Under the pieces are notes generated by a model. That model searched no databases and was not told the origin of the DNA. It saw only the letters and a program-made list of their open reading frames with translations. DNA of 64,000 nucleotides from Acidobacteriota bacterium (GTDB lineage: Bacteria; Acidobacteriota; UBA890; WLXD01), in the NCBI GenBank assembly GCA_963666055.2, contig CAXWPH010000015.1, positions 1,504,001-1,568,000 of the forward strand, in the 5' to 3' direction. Made by a program: the position numbers and the translations under genes. This document shows, in pieces, positions 46,658-55,348 of this stretch. Position 1 is the first letter of the stretch; each line of letters begins with the position of its first letter.

Positions 46658-48310
46658 TTACACAGGTCCGAGCAGCAGGAACGGTGTGACCTCCTTCTGG
46701 CGGCCCTTTACCAGCATCTTGGGTAGTGGCTCGCAGCGGAAGAGCTCCTTGACGCGCTTGTAGGTGCTTTCCCCGATAGCGATTTGCCCGGCGCTGGCGA
46801 CGGTGCTCTCGAGCCGGCTGGCGACATTGACCGTGTCGCCGACGACGGTGTAGTCGCGTCGCTTCTGGGAGCCGATGTCGCCGACGATTGCGGGTCCGGT
46901 GTTGACCCCGATGCGCATGCTGACGCGCCGGTCCTCCGGTAGCTCGGAGTTGATAGCGGCGAGAGCTTCGGACATTCCCCACGCCGCCGCCACAGCGCGC
47001 TCGGCGTGGTCGGGCTGGTCGAACGGCGCCCCGAAGAACGTCATCATGCCGTCGCCCATGAACTTGTCCAACGTGCCCTCGTGGGTGAACACGACTTGGG
47101 TGAGCTGTTCGAAGACGGAGTTCAGGAGCCGCGCGGTGTCGGCCGGCGCCATCGTTTCGGAGAGTGCCGTAAAGCCGCAGAGGTCGGTGAACAGAACGCT
47201 GATGTCGCGCTCCTCGGCCAACATCTCGCTGTACTCACCGATCGACTCCAGCCGCTCGATTACCGAGGGTGAGCTGTAGCGCTCCAGTCGGGAGCGAATC
47301 TGTAGCTGGTGGGCGAGCTCCTCGCGATAGCGCGTTTGCCGGATGCCGATGGCGCCCAGCATTCCAAGGACCGTTACCAGACGAAGGTCGCGCTCGCCGA
47401 AACGCGAAGCGTTGTCGCGGGTGTCTAAATAGATCAACCCCTGGACCTGGCCGTCATGCTCCATCGGTACGCACACGGCCGAGCGAATATCCATCTGCGC
47501 GATCGTGTCGCTGGCGGTAAAGCGATCGTCGGCCTCTACCTCGCGGATCAGGAAAGCCTTGTGCTCCTCCACCGCCCCGGTGGCGATCTTGCGGCTGATG
47601 CGTATCTCGTCGTCCCCCTCGACACCGCGCACGACGACAGGACGCAGCTCCCCGCCTTCCTCCTCGCATAGAGTGATGGCGCCGCGCTGGGCGGGTACGT
47701 TGTCGAACGCCAGTTGCATGATTTCTTCCAGAACTTTCTCGACGCTGACGACACCGAGCAGCGCCTCCGCGGCGCTGCTAAACAGCTCCAGCACCTGGTT
47801 GGCGCTCAGCGTTGATCTCGAGCTGACTTTGAGTCCTCCCGGCGAGGCCGGCGGCTCGGCGGTTGCCTTCTTCACATCGGCAACGTCGATTGCCTCCGTT
47901 GCGCCCATCTTGAGCAGCTGCAACACGTCGGCCGAGGCGATGAACGTGCCTACCGACTCGTCCGGATCGCGCTCGTCGAAGACGATTCCGCCGCCGCCGT
48001 CCTCTTCGATGCTGACGGTGAGCTCGTAGGTGTGAACGGTCACGACGTCTCCGTCGCACAGCACTGCCGGCTGGCGAAGTTCCTCGCCGTTCACGGCCGT
48101 GCCGTTGGTGCTACCCAGGTCGGTGATCGTCCACTTGCCACCGTTCTGCGAAAAGCGCGCATGATGGCGCGAAACCTCCGAGTCTTCGATCACGAGGCGA
48201 CACTCCGCCGCGCGTCCGATCTCGGCGCCGCTCGGCGGCGCCGTCACTTCGAAGGCGTCGCCATCGATCGCGTAACGGAGCGTCAGCTTGGTCTTGGCAT
48301 CCTCAGTCAC
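46658..48310 (-). CDS. FHA-GAF-class III adenylate/guanylate cyclase
   Basis: FHA (IGR, VSRHHA, DLGSTNGT), GAF (SAVCVP, LIYLD, F.E.DL), cyclase (FTDLCGFT, DKFMGDG, IGVNTG, YTVVGDTVNVASRLE). K and T residues suggest ATP specificity. Confidence 0.92.
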   Translation of the reverse strand: MTEDAKTKLTLRYAIDGDAFEVTAPPSGAEIGRAAECRLVIEDSEVSRHHARFSQNGGKWTITDLGSTNGTAVNGEELRQPAVLCDGDVVTVHTYELTVSIEEDGGGGIVFDERDPDESVGTFIASADVLQLLKMGATEAIDVADVKKATAEPPASPGGLKVSSRSTLSANQVLELFSSAAEALLGVVSVEKVLEEIMQLAFDNVPAQRGAITLCEEEGGELRPVVVRGVEGDDEIRISRKIATGAVEEHKAFLIREVEADDRFTASDTIAQMDIRSAVCVPMEHDGQVQGLIYLDTRDNASRFGERDLRLVTVLGMLGAIGIRQTRYREELAHQLQIRSRLERYSSPSVIERLESIGEYSEMLAEERDISVLFTDLCGFTALSETMAPADTARLLNSVFEQLTQVVFTHEGTLDKFMGDGMMTFFGAPFDQPDHAERAVAAAWGMSEALAAINSELPEDRRVSMRIGVNTGPAIVGDIGSQKRRDYTVVGDTVNVASRLESTVASAGQIAIGESTYKRVKELFRCEPLPKMLVKGRQKEVTPFLLLGPV

Positions 48311-49176
48311 TCACTACACTCCCCGAGAACGTACGTGTCACCCTCGCGCGCCATCGACGTGTTGGAAAGGCGCTGTCTTGCCTGGCCCTCGATCGCGGCG
48401 AGCTCGTCATCGTTGTGGGCCGGATCGTGGTGGAACAACAGCAGCCTTCCGACACCCGCGGCGCTCGCTATCTCAACGCCCGATTCCCATGTGCTATGAC
48501 CCCAACCGACCCTGGTGGTGTATTCCGCCGGCGTGTACTGGGCATCGTAGATCAGCAGATCGACCCCGGTCGCCGCATCGCGGATCGCATCGTCGACAAT
48601 GGTGTCGCCATGCTCGTGATCAGATACGTACAACATGGACCGGCTTCCATCGTCGATCCGGAAACCGCTCGCTCCCTGCGGGTGGGTCAGGGCCACCGGG
48701 GTTACGCGAGCGGCGCCGATCTCCATTCCTCCTGCCGGCAGGCTCACGAACCGTCGTTGCGCGGCCGTCTGGTCCAGGCCGATAGGGAAGAAGGGCGCCT
48801 GCATCTGGCTGTCCAGGGCGGCCTCGATACGGTCGCCGTTGACGTCGGCATAGAACACGATCTCGGTGCGCTCGTCGAACAGTGGTGCAAAATACGGAAT
48901 CCCCTGAAGGTGATCCCAGTGGAAGTGGGACAGCAGCACATGCACGGTTGCGCCGCCGCCGCCGAACTCGTCGTCGAGCGCGCCGCCAAGCAGGCGCATC
49001 CCGGTGCCGCCGTCGACCACCAGCACGTCGTTGCTCGAAGTGCGTAGCTCCAAACACGGCGTGTTGCCCCCATGAGCGAGGTGATCCGCCTGTGGCGTGG
49101 GCACAGAGCCGCGAACTCCCCAGAAGCGAATCCGTGGCAGAGCGCCTGTGGTCGTTTCTTCACGTGACGCGAGCAT
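48307..49176 (-). CDS. MBL-fold metallohydrolase (RNase Z/cyclic nucleotide phosphodiesterase-like)
   Basis: FWGVRGS, GGNTPC, DGGTG, SHFHWDH, HPQG, SDHE, DAQY, WGHS, FHHDP. Stop overlaps the cyclase GTG start. Confidence 0.9.
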   Translation of the reverse strand: MLASREETTTGALPRIRFWGVRGSVPTPQADHLAHGGNTPCLELRTSSNDVLVVDGGTGMRLLGGALDDEFGGGGATVHVLLSHFHWDHLQGIPYFAPLFDERTEIVFYADVNGDRIEAALDSQMQAPFFPIGLDQTAAQRRFVSLPAGGMEIGAARVTPVALTHPQGASGFRIDDGSRSMLYVSDHEHGDTIVDDAIRDAATGVDLLIYDAQYTPAEYTTRVGWGHSTWESGVEIASAAGVGRLLLFHHDPAHNDDELAAIEGQARQRLSNTSMAREGDTYVLGECSE

Positions 49177-49294
49177 GGCGCCCTCAGGGTTCATCGCCGG
49201 CACGCTAGTGCCGGGCTGTTGCTGCCTCGTTGACGACGCCATTCTACTTGTCGGGGCGCCTGTCGTCGGGGCTCGTCGATCAACAGCCGCCAGC

Positions 49295-50347
49295 TCAGCG
49301 CCGAAGCCCGAAGAACAGCTGGGTCTCGCAGGGCACCGGCAACGTCTCGAACCGTTCGAACCCGGCCTCGACAGCCAGCCCCTGTGCACCCTCCGTTCCG
49401 ATCAGCGTTCCCAGGCCGGGCCCGCCGGCTGCCAGCGATATGGTCAAGCAGTGGAATGGACTCAGGGCGGCGCGCATGCGGGACAGCGTGTCGCGATTCT
49501 CGAGCGGGTTCACGGACCCGGCGGGCTCCGACCACACCAGTAGTCCGTCGTCGCTGAGGTGCTCTCGGACCGTTCGCAGCGCCCCAACCGGGTCGGCCAT
49601 GTCGTGAATGCAGTCGATGGCGATCACCAGCTCGAAGCGCAGGTCGGGCTCGATACGCTGCAGCGGCAGGGCCACGAACTCGGCGTTGACGATTCCACCT
49701 TCGATAGCCAGGGCGCGGGCGAACTCGACGCTGGGCGGGTGGGGATCGACGCCGAGCACACTGGAGCTCGGATACGCGCGGGCTATGGCGATAGTGGAGC
49801 GCCCCAGCCCACACCCGACGTCGAGCACCCGGATGCCCTTTTCCAGGAGGGCGTCGACACCGGGAATCGCCGGCAGCCATTCGTCGGTGAGCAGGTGATC
49901 GAACCAGGTGCGGTGCATTCGATCGATGGCCGCTGGTACCTCCGGGTGCAGCGCGTCGTAGGCGATGCCGCCGCCGTTTCGAAAAACCTCCATCAGCTGC
50001 TCGGTGCGCGGCAGCGACGGCAGCGTGAAATGGAAGGTACCAGCGCCGAACACGGCAGAGCCTTCGTCCGCAAGTACGGCGCGTTGCTCCTCGGACATCG
50101 CGTACTTGTCGTCAGCGTCGTCGTATTCGATGTACCCGAACGCCGCCAATGCCTTGAGCCACTCACGCACGTAGCGCTCGTTCAGGTTGGTGGCTGCCGC
50201 CAGCGCGAAGCTGTCGACCGGGCCGTGTTGTGCAACGGCGGCGAACAGGCCGAGGCGGTCTCCGATGTAGGCGAGGCCGGTCACAAACGCACCGCCGGTG
50301 TCGCGCCGAATCTGTTCGAGAAGCTGCTGTACGGTTTCGTTGTTCAT
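49295..50347 (-). CDS. SAM-dependent methyltransferase with N-terminal winged helix
   Basis: IGDRLGLF, ERYVREWL, VLDVGCGLG, DCIHDM.DP. Confidence 0.9.
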   Translation of the reverse strand: MNNETVQQLLEQIRRDTGGAFVTGLAYIGDRLGLFAAVAQHGPVDSFALAAATNLNERYVREWLKALAAFGYIEYDDADDKYAMSEEQRAVLADEGSAVFGAGTFHFTLPSLPRTEQLMEVFRNGGGIAYDALHPEVPAAIDRMHRTWFDHLLTDEWLPAIPGVDALLEKGIRVLDVGCGLGRSTIAIARAYPSSSVLGVDPHPPSVEFARALAIEGGIVNAEFVALPLQRIEPDLRFELVIAIDCIHDMADPVGALRTVREHLSDDGLLVWSEPAGSVNPLENRDTLSRMRAALSPFHCLTISLAAGGPGLGTLIGTEGAQGLAVEAGFERFETLPVPCETQLFFGLRR

Positions 50348-50463
50348 GCTCGTAGCCTCTCGATCCGCAGTGGCCGTCGAGGCCAGCGTCGCTTCCAGGG
50401 TGGCCTCCGCCTACCAGCCAGCGCGATCGCGTCGCAGGGTCTCACCCCGTAGGCTGACGGCGC

Positions 50464-51951
50464 TCAGCCGAATAGCTGGATACCGAATACGCGGGCCGCG
50501 ATCAAGATTCCGCTGAGTCCGGTGAACACTACCAGCGACGCGCCACTGAACCAGATCGCGAACGGTGACGGGTAGTACTGGGTGGCGTGTTTCGGAATGA
50601 CGGTCAGGCAGTAGTAGATGTTTAGGAAGAAGATCACCGGCGCGACGAAGAAGGCGAGCGCGGAGGCTACCAGCACCAGAAACACCGGACGCGGTAGGCC
50701 AATGACGATCGCTACTGCTGAGACCAACGAGAAGAACATCGTCGCGCGGTAGATGTTGTACTCGGAGGACCACGCCGTGCGGTGCTCCTCGGTGAGGTCG
50801 GCGCCGGCGGTCCCCTGCAGTCGGGCGGTGCTACGGAACATGTTGCGGCAGCAGGCGCCGACGACGCGAGGCCAGCCATCGAAGTAGTTGAAGACGGTCG
50901 AGAAGGTGGCCGCGAAGGCACCGACCAGAAACACGACCATCATCCAGGGGCCGACGCTGTTGGTAAAGATGCCGGCGATCTCGCCCATCACCGCGCGCCC
51001 CTCGACCGGGCTGGGATAGAGCCACACCGCTGCCAACAGCAAGAAGATGCACGCCATTACGAACGACACCACGTGCCCGAGACGAAAGTCCCAGAGGCTG
51101 ATGCGGAACCAGTCTCGACAGTACTCCTGGGCCGCCTCGGGCAGCCGATCGGTGTCCACTGCGAGGTCTTCTTTCCTCGATGAGAACGGATCGAACGCCT
51201 TGGCCAATCCGCGTCGCTCCAACTCGGGCCGGAGCCGGCTCATGCCGGTGCGCTTGGCCTTGCCCCACTCGGAAGCCTGCAGCGAAACGTCCAGTCCGGT
51301 AGGCAGCAGTCCGAGGAACGCGGCAATGAGCAGCCACGACCCCACCGGAGCTTCTACGATCCAGAAATGCTGCAGCGCGACAAGCGGCGCCGGCCTGACG
51401 AAGTACACGGCGATCGTCGTTAGGCACAAGGCGATAGCAGCAGCCTTGGCGGTGTTCTCGACCGCACGATAGCTGCCGGCCAACAGTACGGCTACCGAAA
51501 AAATACCCAACACGACTGCGTATGCTCCAAGCGGTAAGGGCAACCCGAACGACACCGTGAACACCGAGTAGAGCACCGCGGAAGCGGCGATCAGTCGCCC
51601 GGCCTGCCCGATCGCACATTGCACCAACGTGGTCACCAGCACGTACCAGAGCGGCCATTTCTTCCAGGCCGTGCCGTATGCCTCGAGGAGACTTTTGCCG
51701 GTCGCGCTGGTGAAGCGGAAGGCCATCTCGAAGCCGTAGTACTTGAAGATGTAGGCGACTGGGATGCACCACAGCAGGGCATACTGGAAACGACCGCCGG
51801 CGGTGGGCGCGCTGATCAGGTGGCTGGTGCCGATGCCAGTCATCATCAGGATGATGCCGGGCCCGAAGTAGCCCATTAGGCTGCGCAGCGTCAGGCTGGG
51901 GGGGCGGAGCCCCTCGAGGTCGAGGTCCTCGCTCGAACGGCTCATGGTCAT
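50464..51951 (-). CDS. Nramp-like/APC-superfamily transporter
   Basis: FGPGIILMMTGIGTSHL, about 11 hydrophobic segments, AATFST..FDGWPR. Confidence 0.8.
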   Translation of the reverse strand: MTMSRSSEDLDLEGLRPPSLTLRSLMGYFGPGIILMMTGIGTSHLISAPTAGGRFQYALLWCIPVAYIFKYYGFEMAFRFTSATGKSLLEAYGTAWKKWPLWYVLVTTLVQCAIGQAGRLIAASAVLYSVFTVSFGLPLPLGAYAVVLGIFSVAVLLAGSYRAVENTAKAAAIALCLTTIAVYFVRPAPLVALQHFWIVEAPVGSWLLIAAFLGLLPTGLDVSLQASEWGKAKRTGMSRLRPELERRGLAKAFDPFSSRKEDLAVDTDRLPEAAQEYCRDWFRISLWDFRLGHVVSFVMACIFLLLAAVWLYPSPVEGRAVMGEIAGIFTNSVGPWMMVVFLVGAFAATFSTVFNYFDGWPRVVGACCRNMFRSTARLQGTAGADLTEEHRTAWSSEYNIYRATMFFSLVSAVAIVIGLPRPVFLVLVASALAFFVAPVIFFLNIYYCLTVIPKHATQYYPSPFAIWFSGASLVVFTGLSGILIAARVFGIQLFG

Positions 51952-52179
51952 CAAACGTCTCCTTGGCTGGCTTGAACTCGTGCCTGTGGCCGCTCCGATG
52001 CTGAGCTAACGTATCGCCTGATGCAAGGTTGCAAACGCCCGCCGCTTGCAAAACCGGACGCCACGCTAACTATCACCGATTGGCGCATTCCGCGACGAGT
52101 TCTCCTCGAGCCTGCCCACAGCGTTCCTCGCGGCGCCGGGGTCGCGGCGGCGTCGGACGCGCTCGGCCGCCGGTGCGCT

Positions 52180-52413
52180 TCAGTTCCCGCCTGAGGGCAC
52201 GAGGGCTGCGAGGGCGGCCGCGGCATAGGCGCGCCCGATATCGCCGGCGGGCACGACCGCGCGAATCTCGCCGGCGCTCTGCTAGCGCACCGGCCTCGGA
52301 AGCCGCCGCCACCACTCCGGGTTGGAGCAGGGGTACATGGGGCCGCCGATCAGCGGCACCTCGACGCCGGCGTGCCGCGTAAGATCGGTGGCAAGCGGAG
52401 CCAGGGTGCTCAA
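52180..52413 (-). pseudogene. Nitronate monooxygenase-like gene reduced to fused N- and C-terminal remnants
   Basis: TTG overlaps the upstream TGA. Reads [28 protein letters not shown], then after frameshifts CSNPE/VAAASEAGAL, then jumps to C-terminal-like SAGEIRAVVPAGDIGRAYAAAAL..TGA. Only 234 nt in total. Confidence 0.65.
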
Positions 52414-52895
52414 GTGCTCCTCCGATCCAGCCGCCAGGTCGCGGTTAGCCTAGCGACTTCTTCGCCTGCGCCATCGCGGATCACAGCGGCCGGATGATAG
52501 TCCATCGCCCCGGCGACGTCCGGGGGGTTACAGCTACACTCCGCGCTGAGCGTTCCTCGTGCTTTCTTGACGTATTCGATCTGCAGCGCCACGGCAATGC
52601 CGCGGATTTCCGGGGCCAGGCCGGTCAGCATGGCCAGCCCACTGCACAGCTCCCCGAGGTTGGCCAACGCCACAGCATGCACTGAATCGAGGTGATTGCG
52701 AACGCGTCGACGGTCGCGCAGGGTCACGCGAGAGTATCCGGGCCGCAAATCGACGATCTGTGCGCCGATGCTGCCCGTGTAGGGCGCCATCCGTCCGACC
52801 AGCCAGGAGAACATCCGCTTGCCGCCTGGTAGCCGGCTCAGGCGGGCCCAGTTGGCCATCAATGAGGTTCCCGGAGAGGGGCGAGAGCGTCTCAT
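52410..52895 (-). CDS. Hotdog-fold thioesterase (PaaI/DUF4442-like)
   Basis: [33 protein letters not shown]. Confidence 0.88.
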   Translation of the reverse strand: MRRSRPSPGTSLMANWARLSRLPGGKRMFSWLVGRMAPYTGSIGAQIVDLRPGYSRVTLRDRRRVRNHLDSVHAVALANLGELCSGLAMLTGLAPEIRGIAVALQIEYVKKARGTLSAECSCNPPDVAGAMDYHPAAVIRDGAGEEVARLTATWRLDRRST

Positions 52896-52969
52896 CGGCT
52901 GCCTCCTGACTCGATCCCGAGGCAACTGATCGCGCCGCCCAAGGCAGCGCCGCAACGGGTCACGGGTCG

Positions 52970-53743
52970 CTAGCTCAGATCCGCGATGACAGGGGCGTGA
53001 TCAGAAGCAATGAGCCCTTCCTTCTTCTTGCGATAGTCGCGATCGATCCAAACGTCTTCAATGCGTTCGCATAGCGTCGGCGTGCCGAGCAGAAAATCGA
53101 TGCGGAGTCCCATGCCTCGGTGAAACGCCCCGCCCCGATAATCCCACCAGGAGAACTTCTGCTCATCTGGGTACCGTAGGCGGAAGAGATCTTCTAAGCC
53201 GCCGTCGAGCAGACGCTTGAAGGCGCGACGTTCCTCGTCGGTATGAAAGATGGCGCCACGCATGGCGCTCTCGTTCCAGCTGTCGATTCCCTCAGGGCAG
53301 ATGTTGAAGTCGCCGCAGAGAACGGCCTGTTTGCCCTCGGAGCTCGACGTAGCCATGTGATCGATCAACGCGTCGAACCAGGCGAGCTTGGTCGGGAAGT
53401 CCTCGTGATCGACGGTCTTGCCGTTGGGCACGTAGATGGTGGTGAAGTCCAGGTCGCCGATCCGCGCGGTCAGCAGTCGCGCCCCGCGCTCCTGCTGACC
53501 TGGCAGACCGACCTGCAGAACCTCGGCTGGCACGCGGCTCAAGATCGCCACGCCGTTCCACGCCTTCTGGCCGTGGGCGACAGCCTGATAGCCCTCCGCC
53601 TGAAACGCCAGATGCGGGAACTTGTCGTCGGCGGTCTTGAGCTCTTGCAAGCCCACTACGTCGGGCTGGCGGGCGCGCAGCCAGTGCAGGACGAAATCGA
53701 TTCGGGCGCTCAGACCGTTGATGTTCCAGGTTGCAATGCGCAT
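52970..53743 (-). CDS. xth: Exodeoxyribonuclease III
   Basis: [46 protein letters not shown]. Confidence 0.97.
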   Translation of the reverse strand: MRIATWNINGLSARIDFVLHWLRARQPDVVGLQELKTADDKFPHLAFQAEGYQAVAHGQKAWNGVAILSRVPAEVLQVGLPGQQERGARLLTARIGDLDFTTIYVPNGKTVDHEDFPTKLAWFDALIDHMATSSSEGKQAVLCGDFNICPEGIDSWNESAMRGAIFHTDEERRAFKRLLDGGLEDLFRLRYPDEQKFSWWDYRGGAFHRGMGLRIDFLLGTPTLCERIEDVWIDRDYRKKKEGLIASDHAPVIADLS

Positions 53744-53977
53744 CAGGCAATCAAGGTTGGTGGACTAGGCCGGGGACAAAGCACGTTAACCGGCCGGCAA
53801 TCGACTCGCCAGCCGGATTTTCCATTCGCCGGACTGGCCAGCGAGGGGCGCAGGAGCGTATGCTCCATTCAGCATCCGCATTAGGGGCGAAAGCGTTTGA
53901 TCTTCGGCGCCTGCGGCGCACCGTCGGATTGACCGGAGATCTGGTTCGGGAGGCGCGAACCGGAGGCGCATAGCGTC

Positions 53978-55267
53978 GTGTTTCGCGCACTGTTCAACTT
54001 CGTCAAGTCCCCCGTTCAGACCTATCCCGCTCTCGCCGCCGCCATCGGGTGCCTGGTCTCGGGCTACAGCACCTTCAATGGCATCTCCGAGATCTTCCCC
54101 GACTTCCGCTACTCGATGCTCGCGGCGCTCGGCTTGGCGGCCATTATCCAGCTCGGCATGCTGACCTCGGCGCTCCGAATACGCGAGCGTTCCCGCTATC
54201 AGCCGATGCTCGTGGCCGTCATCGTCTTCACCGTGGTGATGTCCAGCCTCACCTCGTATGTCTTCTACTACCGTGGCTTCTCAGAGGAGACCATCGCGAA
54301 GGAGCGTCGCCTCGAACGCTACGAGTCGCTGCGCTCGTATCTCGTCGACGCGCGCCTGCAGACCTCCGGCACGCTGGGCACGCTACGGGAGGCCTCCGCC
54401 GAGTTGCGTCGTCGCATCGAGATCGAGGCGGCAAGCGGCGGCGGCCTGCGCAATATCTCCAGCCCCTACCTGCAACAGCTCATCGCCGAGTCCGACTTGC
54501 TTGTCGACCTGCGGCAGGTTCAGAGTGGCACCGGCGAGCGCTATCGATTTTTGACCAGTGTGCTGCCACGCATCGAGCAGATGGAGATAGAGGTCGGCGC
54601 ATCGCTACAAGGCCTCGACGTGGAGATTGCCGCGCTCACCGAAGGCAACGAGATCGACCATGAGGCGCTGAGGGCCTCTTACTCGCGAGCCTCGGCGGTG
54701 ATTCCCGCAGACCGCATCCGCGAGGTGCGAGGCGAGTTCACCGTACGTTCGGTGGACCCGGCGATTCTCGACACCCGCCCGCTCGAGCAAGAGGAGTACT
54801 GGCAACGGGCGATGGCCGACATGGTCGCCGGCAGCCCAGCCGCAGTCGTGTTTGCCTTCATCGCCCTGTTCATCGACACCATGATCGTCTTCTTCGCGTT
54901 CATTGCAGGCGAGTCGCAAGCGCGGCCGGCGATGCCACATGTGCCGCTGGCCCACTGGATGAGGATGGCCTACGAGCAGCGCGTCGAGGAGGGCGTACGT
55001 CGCTGGCTGGGGGCGCTCGATGGTGTGCGAGTCCAGCGTGGCAGCGCCTACTTGCATCGCTTGGACGCGCGCCGTCTCGACGATGCCCGCGACGGCCAGT
55101 GTGCGCGCTTCCTGCGCCAGGACGGCTATCTACGCCAGGTGATGCTGGAAGACGGCCAGACCCACTGGTGTCTTACCGATGCTGCCTACGCCGCGTTGGT
55201 CGACCTGACGATGCGAGCGGCAACCGAGATGCTGCCGGTCGCAGAGCCCGAGGTGGCAACGTTATAG
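53978..55267 (+). CDS. Hypothetical membrane protein (3 N-terminal TM, coiled region, 1 TM, cytoplasmic tail)
   Basis: Hydrophobic segments near aa 17-95 and aa 287-308 flank a long helical region. The architecture is reminiscent of DUF4407-type proteins. Confidence 0.7.
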   Translation: MFRALFNFVKSPVQTYPALAAAIGCLVSGYSTFNGISEIFPDFRYSMLAALGLAAIIQLGMLTSALRIRERSRYQPMLVAVIVFTVVMSSLTSYVFYYRGFSEETIAKERRLERYESLRSYLVDARLQTSGTLGTLREASAELRRRIEIEAASGGGLRNISSPYLQQLIAESDLLVDLRQVQSGTGERYRFLTSVLPRIEQMEIEVGASLQGLDVEIAALTEGNEIDHEALRASYSRASAVIPADRIREVRGEFTVRSVDPAILDTRPLEQEEYWQRAMADMVAGSPAAVVFAFIALFIDTMIVFFAFIAGESQARPAMPHVPLAHWMRMAYEQRVEEGVRRWLGALDGVRVQRGSAYLHRLDARRLDDARDGQCARFLRQDGYLRQVMLEDGQTHWCLTDAAYAALVDLTMRAATEMLPVAEPEVATL

Positions 55268-55280
55268 CGACGAATGACAG

Positions 55281-55321
55281 AAGCGGCCACCCCCTGGAAT
55301 GACCTGGGTGGTGGCCGCCTT
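55281..55321. terminator. Hairpin between convergent genes, possible terminator
   Basis: Stem GCGGCCACC (55283-55291) / GGTGGCCGC (55310-55318), with only short A/T flanks. Confidence 0.45.
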
Positions 55322-55348
55322 CTCGAACCTGTCGCTGCTGGCGTGAGC

